The notes beneath the pieces are model-generated. The model saw nothing but the letters and a program-made list of their open reading frames with translations. It made no database searches and was not told where the DNA came from. A DNA stretch of 64,000 nucleotides from Anaerohalosphaeraceae bacterium (GTDB taxonomy: Bacteria > Planctomycetota > Phycisphaerae > Sedimentisphaerales > Anaerohalosphaeraceae), in the NCBI GenBank assembly GCA_050309605.1, contig JBNRMN010000021.1, forward strand, positions 32,001 to 96,000, in the 5' to 3' direction. Every line of letters begins with the position of its first letter. Positions within the stretch are counted from its first letter, which is position 1. The translations under genes and the position numbers were made by a program. Positions 1 through 9,639 of this stretch are shown here, one piece after another.

Positions 1-644
1 AGGTCTTTCTGGTGGATGAACCGATGGCCGCGGGGATCGGGGCGGGGCTGCCGATTACCGAGCCGACCGGCTCAATGATTGTGGATATCGGCGGCGGCAC
101 CTCGGAGGTGGCGATTATCAGCCTGGCCGACATCAGCACGTGTGAATCCATCCGCGTCGGCGGCGACAACTTCGATGAGGCGCTGATTGCCCATCTGAAA
201 AAAACCTACAACCTGCTGATCGGCGAATCCCGCGCCGAACAGGTCAAGATACAGATCGGCTCGGCCGCCCCGCTGGAGCAGGAAATGACGATGGAAATCG
301 CCGGTCGCGACACCATCTCCGGTCTGCCGCGAAAAATCGTGATTACCAGCGAGGAAATCCGCGAGGCTTTTCGTGAGCCGATCGCCGGGATTATTGAAGC
401 GGTGATGCGAACGCTTGAACGGGCCGAACCGGAACTGGCCGCGGACCTGATAGAAAACGGGGTTACGCTGTGCGGCGGCGGCGCCCTGCTGCGGGGGATG
501 GATAAAGTGCTGGCCAACGCCACCGGCCTGCGGGTGGTTCACGCCGAGGACCCTCTGACGTGCGTGGCCCGCGGGACGAGCGTTTATCTGGAAAATCTTG
601 AATTGTGGAAGGACACGCTGGATTCCACCGGCACCGCGTGGTAA
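1..644 (+). CDS. mreB: Rod shape-determining actin MreB (5'-partial, runs off the window start)
   Basis: EPMAAGIGAGLP, VDIGGGTSEVA, GGDNFDEAL, AEQVKIQIG, LCGGGALLRG and EDPLTCVARG motifs; frame is open back to the window edge; followed by mreC/mreD. Confidence 0.96.
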   Translation, partial: VFLVDEPMAAGIGAGLPITEPTGSMIVDIGGGTSEVAIISLADISTCESIRVGGDNFDEALIAHLKKTYNLLIGESRAEQVKIQIGSAAPLEQEMTMEIAGRDTISGLPRKIVITSEEIREAFREPIAGIIEAVMRTLERAEPELAADLIENGVTLCGGGALLRGMDKVLANATGLRVVHAEDPLTCVARGTSVYLENLELWKDTLDSTGTAW

Positions 645-761
645 CCCCTTCGATTGCAGAGGACCAAGAGCAGGTCTGTCTCATGATGACCGTATGTCCG
701 CCATCCGCCCCGGCGATGGGGACAGGAAACCGAAATTTTTAACCGGCAAATTGTGTTTTAT

Positions 762-1592
762 ATGGCACGCAGACATTTTCAGCTATCCAACGGCGGTTTG
801 TTTTTGCTGTTGCTGAGCAGCGGATTTGTGCTGCTGCTTTTGCCGCGATCCGTGACGCAGCGTGTCCATTTTCTGTTTGCCGAGACGTTTGAACCGCTGC
901 TTCGCATCGGGCGTCGATTTCCCGACCACGCCGCGGCGCCGAGTCCGCAGGAGCAGTATGTTTCGCTTGAAGAGCACAACGCGCTGTGGAAAAACTACCA
1001 TAATCTGCACGCCCGGCTGATGAAACTTCAGGACGAATACAACACGGCGGCCCGGATTCGCAGCAGTCTGCCTCGATTTTACAGCGGGCTGGTCGTCGCC
1101 GACGTGGTGGGGCCGGCGGCGGGTCTGAATCATGAAATCCTGATCAACAAAGGCGCCGCCGACGGAGTGCACAGCGGCTGCTATGTGATGAGTCCCGAAC
1201 ACAACAGCATTATCGGTGTTGTTCGTGAAACCTCCGACGCGATGGCACGAGTGCGTCTGCTGACCGACGCCAACCAGAGTATTCCGATTCGAATCCGCCG
1301 GGACGGGGCTGCTTTGGATGTGGCGGCCATGATGATCGGCGACGGCAAACGCGGGGGCGTTGTGCCGATGGTCGAGCGTGAAAAGGATATCCGACCGAAC
1401 GATGCCGTCTATGCGGCGCCGCGGCCGGGGCTGCTGGATACGCCCGTGATCATCGGCAAAGTGGCCGAGGTACAGCCGGATGAAGAGTCGCCTTTGCTGT
1501 GGAAAATTTTCGTGCAACCGACGGACATTGGCGCTGAACCAAAAACCGCCGCCGTGATCGTGTCCGATACGCCGGGAACCGAGAGGCAATAA
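762..1592 (+). CDS. mreC: Rod shape-determining protein MreC
   Basis: N-terminal TM helix, coiled segment, ILINKGAADGV, IGVVRET..ARVRLLTD and IIGKV motifs; lies between mreB and mreD; ATG 762 preferred over GTG 753. Confidence 0.88.
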   Translation: MARRHFQLSNGGLFLLLLSSGFVLLLLPRSVTQRVHFLFAETFEPLLRIGRRFPDHAAAPSPQEQYVSLEEHNALWKNYHNLHARLMKLQDEYNTAARIRSSLPRFYSGLVVADVVGPAAGLNHEILINKGAADGVHSGCYVMSPEHNSIIGVVRETSDAMARVRLLTDANQSIPIRIRRDGAALDVAAMMIGDGKRGGVVPMVEREKDIRPNDAVYAAPRPGLLDTPVIIGKVAEVQPDEESPLLWKIFVQPTDIGAEPKTAAVIVSDTPGTERQ

Positions 1593-1597
1593 ATTCA

Positions 1598-2125
1598 ATG
1601 CGATGGGTTCTGTTTGCGATTCTGGTTTTGCTTGGTGCTGTGCTTGAGGCAGGCAATCTGCTGAATGCGGTTGCGCTGGGTCAATGGCATATTCGGCCGT
1701 CTGCGCTGATTGTGCTGCTTGTGTTTTTTGCCGTTCACTGCCGCACGCATGAGGCGATTATTACCTCGTTTGTGATTGGTCTGGCAATGGACATCAGCGG
1801 CAGTCAGATCGGGCCGCACACGATCAGTTATTGTCTGATCGGCGGGCTGCTCAATCAGCTCGGCGAGTATTTTGTGCTGCGGCGCGAGGTGTCTCCGGCG
1901 GCGCTGATTTTTTCGGCCTATGTCATCGCCGCCGTGATCGCCTATTGGCTGGGCGCATTGAAAACCGGCGAGCGGCAGGACTACGCCTATCGAATCTTCG
2001 TGCTGACGGGACTTTATTCGGCGTTCATCGGTTCGTTTTTTTGGCGGTTTCTGGAACGGATCAATCAACCGGCGTCGTCCCAATCGCTTCAAACGTCGCC
2101 TCCTCAGCGCGGATACCTGCGATGA
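1598..2125 (+). CDS. mreD: Rod shape-determining membrane protein MreD
   Basis: 175-aa hydrophobic multi-TM protein with FVIGLAMDISGSQIG (GLxxD) motif; synteny. Confidence 0.85.
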   Translation: MRWVLFAILVLLGAVLEAGNLLNAVALGQWHIRPSALIVLLVFFAVHCRTHEAIITSFVIGLAMDISGSQIGPHTISYCLIGGLLNQLGEYFVLRREVSPAALIFSAYVIAAVIAYWLGALKTGERQDYAYRIFVLTGLYSAFIGSFFWRFLERINQPASSQSLQTSPPQRGYLR

Positions 2126-2184
2126 GACAGACAGAACGGAATGTCAATCCGTTATGAGTTAATCAATCACTTTCAACGATTTTT

Positions 2185-4284
2185 ATGTACCAACGTCGAT
2201 TGAAGATCTTTGTCGCCCTGTGCGTCGGGGTGCTGCTGATTGCGCTGGCACGGCTGGCGATGCTGCAAGTGTTCGGGGTCAACGAGGCGCGGCGCCAAAC
2301 CGAACTGCTGCGGATCCTGCCGCCGGAGTCGCTGGCGACGGTCCGCGGCAAAATCTTTGATCGCAACGGACGAACGCTGGCGCTGGATCGTCCGGCGTTT
2401 TCGCTGTATATCCGCTATGCCCTGACCCGATACGCCGATCCGCGGTGGCAGGAAGGTCAGATTCTTCGCCGAATAACACCGGACACCTCCCGACAAGAGG
2501 CGGAATCCGCCTTGCAGGCGGAATGGGCCGAGCATCTGCTGACGCTTCGCGAGGCGGCGGCACTGGCGGCGGATCTGGGCGGCGTACCGCAGGCCGAGAT
2601 CGAGGCGCGGATTGAAGGGATCAACAATCGCATCTGGGAGCTGGCACGCTACATCTGGTGGCGGCGGCGAAATCCTGATGCCGCAATGGCCGACTATCGT
2701 CGGCAGCGCGACACAATCAGTCCGGCCCAGATCGTGCGTGTGGACTTGCGGGAAATGGCAGAGTTTTATCCGTTGATCGATCTTCCGGATGAAGAATCGC
2801 TGTTCAGTGCTCAACTGGCGCTGATCCATTTTGACGGCGTGGCCATTCGACCGGAGGCGCGTCGCGTTTATCCTTACGGCACGGCGGCCTGTCAGCTTCT
2901 CGGCTGGGTCGCGCCGGGGCAGGATGAGGAGATGCAGCTTTTTGAAGAGGACGAATATCGGCGGTATCTTGAGGGAGAAGTTCTCGGCAAGGACGGCATT
3001 GAAAAGGCCTACGAGCCGGTACTCCGCGGACGGCGCGGGCGCGTGGTTTATGACAAGGACGGCAATGAGCTGTCGCGGACTGACCCGGAATACGGCGGCG
3101 ATGTGTCTGTGTCGCTGGATATTGAGCTTCAGCAGCAGATTGAATCGCTGCTGCAAAACCCCGAAACCAACCCGAATGCGTCCAGTCCCTGTGCGGCGGT
3201 GGTGCTGGACGGGGCGACCAATGACATTTTGGCGCTGGTCTCGACGCCGGGATTCGATTTGAATACCGTCCGACGCGATTATACCCGTCTGATCAATGAC
3301 CCCAACAAGCCGATGCTGCACCGGGCGCTGGAATCCAATTATCCGCCCGGCTCGACCGCCAAGCCGCTGATTCTGCTGATAGGTCTTGAAGAAGGCGCCG
3401 TTCGTCCGGACGAAATCATCAGTTGTCCCTATACCAACCCGCCGGCGGGCTGGCCGCGCTGTCTGCTTCAGCGTCAGGGAAGCTGCCACGACTGGCGATG
3501 GGAACACGAAGGCGGCAACAACGCCCGCAACGCGGTCCGCGGAAGCTGCAACATCTATTTTTCGCGGCTGGCTCATCGGCTCGACAGTCAGACGCTGCAA
3601 TCGCGGTTGTTTGATCTCGGTTTCGGGCGGTCGATTTTGCACCTGGATTTGCCGCACACATTCGTTCAGGATCATCCGCGATTTGCCGAGATGCAGCCGC
3701 GTATCCGACAGGCGCACGGCAGCCTGATCGCCGGTATTCAGTCCGCCCCGGCTGACAGCCCCGACGATCTGCCGGCCCTGGTGGACTGGGAACGCAAGTT
3801 CTGGGGCATCGGCCAGGGCAACCTGCGGGCGACTGTGCTTCAAGTGGCCAATGCGCTGGCCGTGATCGCACGCAACGGCATTTACAAATCGCCGCGACTG
3901 GTACTTGACGAGGCGGATGTGTTTAATGAACGGTATCAGCGCCGCGTGCCGATTTCTGTCCGAACGCTTGAGACGGTACGAGACGGGATGGCGGCGGTGG
4001 TCAACGAACAAGGCGGCAGCGCATATCGTATCTTTCGCGACAGCGAACTGTTTCGCCGCGGCCTGACCATTTTCGGCAAAACCGGCTCGACCGAACGTCC
4101 GGAACATGCGTGGTTTGAGTGCTTTGCCGAAGATCAGGCCGGACGCATTATCATTGCGGCGGTGCTGGTGGAAGGCGGCTCGCGCGGCTCCGATGACGCC
4201 GCCCCGCTCGGACACGGCATCCTGACCCTCTGCAATGAGGCCGGTTATATCGGCACTCGTCCGACCCAAGCGCCGCCCCTGTAA
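2185..4284 (+). CDS. mrdA: Class B penicillin-binding protein 2 (peptidoglycan transpeptidase)
   Basis: N-terminal TM, RGKIFDRNG, RVYPYG, GKDGIEKAYE; catalytic SxxK (PGSTAKP), SxN (SCN) and KTG (GKTGST) motifs; follows mreBCD. Confidence 0.88.
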   Translation: MYQRRLKIFVALCVGVLLIALARLAMLQVFGVNEARRQTELLRILPPESLATVRGKIFDRNGRTLALDRPAFSLYIRYALTRYADPRWQEGQILRRITPDTSRQEAESALQAEWAEHLLTLREAAALAADLGGVPQAEIEARIEGINNRIWELARYIWWRRRNPDAAMADYRRQRDTISPAQIVRVDLREMAEFYPLIDLPDEESLFSAQLALIHFDGVAIRPEARRVYPYGTAACQLLGWVAPGQDEEMQLFEEDEYRRYLEGEVLGKDGIEKAYEPVLRGRRGRVVYDKDGNELSRTDPEYGGDVSVSLDIELQQQIESLLQNPETNPNASSPCAAVVLDGATNDILALVSTPGFDLNTVRRDYTRLINDPNKPMLHRALESNYPPGSTAKPLILLIGLEEGAVRPDEIISCPYTNPPAGWPRCLLQRQGSCHDWRWEHEGGNNARNAVRGSCNIYFSRLAHRLDSQTLQSRLFDLGFGRSILHLDLPHTFVQDHPRFAEMQPRIRQAHGSLIAGIQSAPADSPDDLPALVDWERKFWGIGQGNLRATVLQVANALAVIARNGIYKSPRLVLDEADVFNERYQRRVPISVRTLETVRDGMAAVVNEQGGSAYRIFRDSELFRRGLTIFGKTGSTERPEHAWFECFAEDQAGRIIIAAVLVEGGSRGSDDAAPLGHGILTLCNEAGYIGTRPTQAPPL

Positions 4285-4308
4285 TATTTGGGGATGTCGC
4301 AGCGGGGT

Positions 4309-7300
4309 TTATCGCGGATCAGGCACGGGATGGAGGGCAACCAATGTCGGTCGGTCGTCGGGCGAGACAACCTGGCTGCGATCAAAAATCGCGATCATTC
4401 GCCGTTCGGGGCCGTTCGGGCCGAGACGTACCAGGATATAGGCCGTAAAGACATCGCTGCGTACTGTAAAGATATTGGCCAGACGCGAGACGATCCAGTC
4501 GCGCTGCTCGAAATCACCGTGAATCATCGGATCGCCGAGGGTGATATCTTCGGGTTCGATCTCGGCAAATTTCCTGAACGCATCCATGCCCAGCAGTTCA
4601 CTGACGCGCCGATAGGGACGGTTGGCGACGATCTGTTCGGCCAGAACCAGGGCGTTTTGTTCGTCGTCCGGATCGGCCATCACCAACTGCGGAGCAATGG
4701 CCGCGGCGATGACGTGTTTGGCGGCGGTGTTGATGTTGATCCGACCGGGCAGCGTGCCTTTTTCCGGACGATTCAGAAAGCAGAGATAATCCAAAAGCCC
4801 AGGGGCCGTTTGGATATCCAGACGAATGTCCGACTCGTCCTGGGCATCGGCAATCTGCTTCGTGATGGGTTGGGGGTTATCGCCCTCCTTTTGATTGGAT
4901 ACCCACATTGTCTTGAGAAAATCAGCCAGTCGGTCCGTCGGCGTTTCGTCATCCGCCACAGGAAGCTGGTAGCCTTTTCGCTGGGGAAATATGCCTTCGA
5001 TGTCGTTATTTTGGCCCAGCGTCGCTTCCCAGGGGGTACTGAACCATATCTCCTGCGCAATTTCGCTATTCGTAAATCGCCATTGGGTGTCATCGCGTTT
5101 GGCGGAATGATAGGTGTCGCTGAATAATTGCGTCAGTTGGTTTCCTCGGAACCGATCAACCGATATATATTCGTCTTCGTTTCGGGGATCGGGGCGCTGC
5201 AATGTCAGATTCTGATTTCGCATGAGACTGAGAAATTCAGGACTCGGATACATGACATTATCGCCTGTCACCTGCACGGGATACATTGCAATCGACTGCG
5301 ACCGCCAAATCGTCAGTCGGCCGGGTTCATCGCCCGAACGGGCGGGCACTTCGTATTCCTGTCCGTCCAAAGGGATGGGCAGCGAACCGAACTGAAACCG
5401 CCAGCCGTCCAGACGGATCGGTTCATCGTAGGGGTTGAGCAGTTCAATGGCAAACGCCCTGACCGCCCCGCCGGGTACACTGCCGTCATACTGGCAATAA
5501 ATTTCCGACAGGAACGGCTGACGCTCGTAGCCGTACACTATATCGTCAGGGTCCAATCCAAAAGCCAATTCAGGATACAAAGCGATATCAAGACCGGCTT
5601 CGTCGAGCATTTCATTGATGATCGCTTCGGTAATAAAGGTGGGATCGGGGTTGTCCTGCGCCCCGAATCGGGCGGCGTAAAACGGTCCCTGCGCAGCGGG
5701 GTTGTCGTCGTCCAGATAATCAATCAGGTTGGCTGCGGCCTGAGCGGCCTTGAAGGCCGCCTGCTGCAGGGCTTCCGGCTGGTCATCCGGTTCTTGCTGG
5801 TCAACGTCGCTCGGCAGAAAATACGCCCGATAGGCATACAGCAAATGCAGGAGATGGCCGCGCGCGCCGGGGGTGTTGGCCGTGATGCGGTCGGGATTGG
5901 CCGGGTCGGTGATATGCCGCAGATCAATCGGACGAAAATCCAGCGGACGAAACACCGATTCAATATCTCGGAGCCGTTGCCTGGCTTCGAGGGGAGAATA
6001 GCCGGCGTCAATCAGCCCACTGTATTCCGCCGCCAGGGCCGCGTCCAACAGCGGATACCGCCCGGTGCGCAGGGGACGATCAAAACTGTAAAACGTCGTG
6101 ATATGCCGACGGTCGTAAATAAAATCATCAAGCGAGTCGCTGTCCGGGTTCCAGTCAAAGTAAAGCGGGTCCAGCTTGTCGCGCCATTGGACAAGTTCAC
6201 CCTCGGTAAAGGGGGTACGCGGAACTCGGCTTTTTCCGTAACCGGCTTGATCATAGTCGAATGTGCCTCTTCCATAATCAAAGGTATAATACAACGTGCC
6301 CGAATAAGGGGCCGGCGGAACGGCGTCGCGGGATTCGGTATCCAAATGGCGTTTCTCAAATCGGGCAATCGCGCTGCTGGTCAACAGATACCGATTGCGA
6401 ATTTCCAATTCATCATCGATACCGAACAGCAGGAATTGCGATTCCGGTGATTCAATCGACATAACGAGTTGATTGTGAAAATCATCCGGTGCGGTAAGTA
6501 AAAGCTGCGAATCCCGTGCTCTGTGCAATCGCTCCACCCGGCTGCGATCATAGGCCCGAAGCAACGGCGCGGCATTGACTTCGCTCAGATACCTCCCCAG
6601 TTCATTGCCGAAATCGGCGGTATGGTAAGGGTCATTTGTACCGCTCGGATTGGTCGGAGAGATATATCGATACCACGGTTTGCTGTGCCAGGGGCGTGAG
6701 TCGATGCCGGAAGGCATCTGGTAAAACCCAAAGGCGGTATTGAGGTTGAGCATGGAACAATTGTCAATGATGCGGATGGCGGCAAAGACAGGCTCTGCCC
6801 GGCTGGTGGTCAGGTTGGGAACTTGTATCCAGCGACTGTCGGCCACCCCGTCGCCGTCCGCATCGGCCGGGAATCCCTGGATAGTGTCGCTGCCGTACGT
6901 TTGGCCGGGGGTTATAATCTGCGGGGGCAGATTGCGGCTGTCAAAAGGCGGCCATGAGCCAGGCTCCGATAAATCTGAAATATAGTCCCATTGAAAGTCA
7001 TTATCGCTGTTCGGCTCCAGCACGGCCAGCCAGGGACAGCAGCGATTGCCCGTCCGGGGGTCCGGCCCCGGCCAGGTATAATCCGGGCCGTCTTTGCCAA
7101 TGGTCCCGTCGGGTTCAAACAAGTCCTCGACCAGCACGCTGTGAATGTGCGCAACGACGGTATCGACGGCGGCGTCGAGGTCGCGGCTGTCGATGACGGC
7201 CGAGGTTTCCATCTCGCCGAGCCGGGCGACCATGACAAACATCACCCCCACCACCGCCAATAAGACGGTGACCACCACGACCAAAATCATCGCCGAGCCG

Positions 7301-7338
7301 CGACGGCTGTTATTTTGTTGTCTTGTGCCTGACATCAT
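4309..7338 (-). CDS. Very large GspK/PilX-like minor (pseudo)pilin, 1009 aa
   Basis: RRG|SAMILVVVVTVLL class III signal lacking E5; DADGDGVADSRW; LNLNTA and RININTA motifs; C-terminal FTVRSDVFTAYILV; K position after H-I-J-like genes. Confidence 0.7.
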   Translation of the reverse strand: MMSGTRQQNNSRRGSAMILVVVVTVLLAVVGVMFVMVARLGEMETSAVIDSRDLDAAVDTVVAHIHSVLVEDLFEPDGTIGKDGPDYTWPGPDPRTGNRCCPWLAVLEPNSDNDFQWDYISDLSEPGSWPPFDSRNLPPQIITPGQTYGSDTIQGFPADADGDGVADSRWIQVPNLTTSRAEPVFAAIRIIDNCSMLNLNTAFGFYQMPSGIDSRPWHSKPWYRYISPTNPSGTNDPYHTADFGNELGRYLSEVNAAPLLRAYDRSRVERLHRARDSQLLLTAPDDFHNQLVMSIESPESQFLLFGIDDELEIRNRYLLTSSAIARFEKRHLDTESRDAVPPAPYSGTLYYTFDYGRGTFDYDQAGYGKSRVPRTPFTEGELVQWRDKLDPLYFDWNPDSDSLDDFIYDRRHITTFYSFDRPLRTGRYPLLDAALAAEYSGLIDAGYSPLEARQRLRDIESVFRPLDFRPIDLRHITDPANPDRITANTPGARGHLLHLLYAYRAYFLPSDVDQQEPDDQPEALQQAAFKAAQAAANLIDYLDDDNPAAQGPFYAARFGAQDNPDPTFITEAIINEMLDEAGLDIALYPELAFGLDPDDIVYGYERQPFLSEIYCQYDGSVPGGAVRAFAIELLNPYDEPIRLDGWRFQFGSLPIPLDGQEYEVPARSGDEPGRLTIWRSQSIAMYPVQVTGDNVMYPSPEFLSLMRNQNLTLQRPDPRNEDEYISVDRFRGNQLTQLFSDTYHSAKRDDTQWRFTNSEIAQEIWFSTPWEATLGQNNDIEGIFPQRKGYQLPVADDETPTDRLADFLKTMWVSNQKEGDNPQPITKQIADAQDESDIRLDIQTAPGLLDYLCFLNRPEKGTLPGRININTAAKHVIAAAIAPQLVMADPDDEQNALVLAEQIVANRPYRRVSELLGMDAFRKFAEIEPEDITLGDPMIHGDFEQRDWIVSRLANIFTVRSDVFTAYILVRLGPNGPERRMIAIFDRSQVVSPDDRPTLVALHPVPDPR

Positions 7339-7388
7339 TATCCAGAAATCTCTCTAATTCAGGTATATTTATGCTAAAAACTTTTATC

Positions 7389-7417
7389 TTGACTTTTTTT
7401 TCGATATTTGTTATCCT
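7389..7417 (+). promoter_or_regulatory. Sigma70-like promoter of the PEP-CTERM gene
   Basis: TTGACT (7389-7394), 17-bp spacer, TATCCT (7412-7417), with an extended -10 TG. Confidence 0.6.
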
Positions 7418-7544
7418 AATGGACATATTCCCCCGGAAAAGGAATCCGCAGCAATTTGGCTCACGGGGAAATGACGGAAAGTTCAGGAGCATTCCGACAA
7501 TGGGAAAACAACGCGAGGGATTGAAAACTGAGGATGGACGGAAG

Positions 7545-8435
7545 ATGATGAAAAAAATGATACTGATCGCAGCAGCGGCTGCTTTTATTGGGGGGTTTTG
7601 CCCTAACGCCGCCGCAGGATTTCTGACCATCAGCAACCCCGGCAATGTGGCCGATACCCGCGTAATGAGCGACGGTACGACCGGTTACGGGGCCGTCGAA
7701 TACACCTACCAAATCATGCGTTACGCCGTGACAAACGCCCAATGGAACGAGTTTGTCCAGGTTGCCGGTGCTCCGACGGGCGCTGACGGCGGGTACAGCC
7801 ACAGCTCAACCTACACCGAGGACGCCCTGCCCGTTCAAAACGTCAGTTGGTATGAGGCAGCTCAATACTGCAACTGGCTGACCAGCGGCGACAAGTACAG
7901 CGGCGCGTATCTGTTCGGACAGGACGGCCGCTTTGCGGGCATCGATCGCGAACAGGCCATGCTGGACTACGGCAAGGTGTATGCCCTGCCAACCGAAGAT
8001 GAATGGTACAAGGCCGCGTATTATGACGCTCAAAACGATACCTACCATTTGTACGCCAACGGCTCCGACGACCCGCCCGCAGCAGGCGTGGATGCGATGT
8101 ACGGCCAGACATGGCCCTACGACGGCCCCTGGAACATCACCGACGGAACACGGGAGCAGAACGGCACTTATAATATGATGGGCAACGTCTGGGAGTGGAA
8201 CGAAACGGCCGTCGGTTCCTATCGGGTGTTGCGCGGCGGCGCATTTGATACGCAGGACGACTTTGTCCTCTCCTCGGCCTATCGGCATTACATTGCCGTT
8301 CCGCACGGTGAATTCAGCAGTGCGGGATTTCGCGTCGTGGTCTTGGTCCCCGAGCCGACAACGCTGGCGCTGCTGCTGACGGGCGGGCTGGTTGGGTTCA
8401 GAACAAAAGTCAAGCGACACATGCAAGTCGGATAA
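7545..8435 (+). CDS. PEP-CTERM-anchored protein with FGE/SUMF1-sulfatase-like domain
   Basis: Signal peptide MMKKMILIAAAAAF; VTNAQW, PVQNVSWYEAAQYCNWL, LPTEDEWYKAAY, MMGNVWEW, GFRVV; C-terminal VPEPTTLALLLTGGLVGFRTKVKRH. Confidence 0.88.
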   Translation: MMKKMILIAAAAAFIGGFCPNAAAGFLTISNPGNVADTRVMSDGTTGYGAVEYTYQIMRYAVTNAQWNEFVQVAGAPTGADGGYSHSSTYTEDALPVQNVSWYEAAQYCNWLTSGDKYSGAYLFGQDGRFAGIDREQAMLDYGKVYALPTEDEWYKAAYYDAQNDTYHLYANGSDDPPAAGVDAMYGQTWPYDGPWNITDGTREQNGTYNMMGNVWEWNETAVGSYRVLRGGAFDTQDDFVLSSAYRHYIAVPHGEFSSAGFRVVVLVPEPTTLALLLTGGLVGFRTKVKRHMQVG

Positions 8436-8538
8436 TTCCGGCACAACCCACCCGGCCGCGTTTAGATCGGGCTGCGGCGCTGTTGTATATTTGACCCATT
8501 GCCTGTTATTAAATTGTCCAAAGAGCACTCGAGGCTGT

Positions 8539-9627
8539 TTATTCAACGGTTACTATCTGGGTAAACGTCCTGCCGTCCGGGAACAATCCCTTTTCGTCAT
8601 ACACGGTAAACGTGAACTTCAGCGCCCGAGGGAAAAAATCCTGACGAAAAATAAAGCCGCCGGTCTTGCAGCCGGCTGCATTAAACCAATCCATCATCGC
8701 GGTGCCGCCGGGCAGTTGAAAATAGACGCCGAACTCATTGGCACCCATTGACTGGAAATCCGATGACACCGAGCCATTGCCGGCCGGATCCTCACTGGGC
8801 CACCAGCGTACACCCGCAAAGGCATTCTCCGGCAACGGTAATCCTGTTTCGGGATTCAGCAAGTCCTGACTTTTATAGGCCCACTGGACCTTAAATTCGC
8901 TGATGTGTTCTGACAGGAGTAAGTGGAGCGTCTGCGCCTTCTGCGCCTGGGTCATATCGATCATCGGGCGTCCGGTCAACACCATATCTCGCTCATTAAA
9001 AAAATTACGCAGCAACAAAGCTGTCGCATTTTGAGTATTCCGCATCAAATTTTTCCAGTGGGTTAGTGCCAGACGGTCGTACTCAAGCCGATTATTTGCA
9101 GACGGCACAAAGGTGTCCACAAAGTTTTCCGGATCAGGGAACAGCGTCAGTTCCAAATCCGAAGTCAGCACATGTGCCCGGCGGGATAACAGATCAGAAG
9201 ACGGCAAAGCCCCCACGTTCGGGCGGTATCCTTTCAAAAAAGTTCCCGCCGGATAATTCACCTCCCAGGCGTGGCCGTAGTAAATCCGCGACAGGTTACC
9301 CCAGACGGTTTTATCGGCATAGCGGTTGATGGTCTGAAAATTACCGTTGGCAAAAAACAGAATCTGATCGTAATGCCGGCCTGTCGCCGGATCGCGTTCG
9401 AACCGGATCGCCAGCGGGGCGTCTTTTCGCAGGCCGCGAACGTCGCTGAGCAACTGCTCTGCGATGACCTCGGCGCGGCGCGAGATTTCGATGGTCGAGT
9501 CGGCGGTGCGATGCGCTCGGACGGCGGCGGCAAAGATCACGCTGGACAGCGCCACCAGGATCACCACCAGGGTCATGGCGACCAGCAATTCAACAATCGT
9601 AAACGCTTTGTCTGTTGTCGTTTTCAT
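8539..9627 (-). CDS. Minor pilin/pseudopilin, PilW/GspJ-like
   Basis: KA|FTIVELLVAMTL N-methylation motif; C-terminal PRALKFTFTVYD typical of J-type subunits; gene order. Confidence 0.75.
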   Translation of the reverse strand: MKTTTDKAFTIVELLVAMTLVVILVALSSVIFAAAVRAHRTADSTIEISRRAEVIAEQLLSDVRGLRKDAPLAIRFERDPATGRHYDQILFFANGNFQTINRYADKTVWGNLSRIYYGHAWEVNYPAGTFLKGYRPNVGALPSSDLLSRRAHVLTSDLELTLFPDPENFVDTFVPSANNRLEYDRLALTHWKNLMRNTQNATALLLRNFFNERDMVLTGRPMIDMTQAQKAQTLHLLLSEHISEFKVQWAYKSQDLLNPETGLPLPENAFAGVRWWPSEDPAGNGSVSSDFQSMGANEFGVYFQLPGGTAMMDWFNAAGCKTGGFIFRQDFFPRALKFTFTVYDEKGLFPDGRTFTQIVTVE

Positions 9628-9639
9628 GGTATGCCGTTC

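Noticed and set aside
2173..4269. 698-aa minus-strand ORF
   Set aside because: Antisense shadow of mrdA, typical of GC-rich DNA; no recognisable motifs
4288..6450. Plus-strand ORFs of 279 and 440 aa
   Set aside because: Antisense to the 1009-aa K-like gene; no motifs
7545..8435. Sulfatase-maturing FGE for the sulfatase at 30822, or a DGR target protein
   Set aside because: No catalytic Cys pair and it is a PEP-CTERM surface protein; no reverse transcriptase or template repeat was seen in the window
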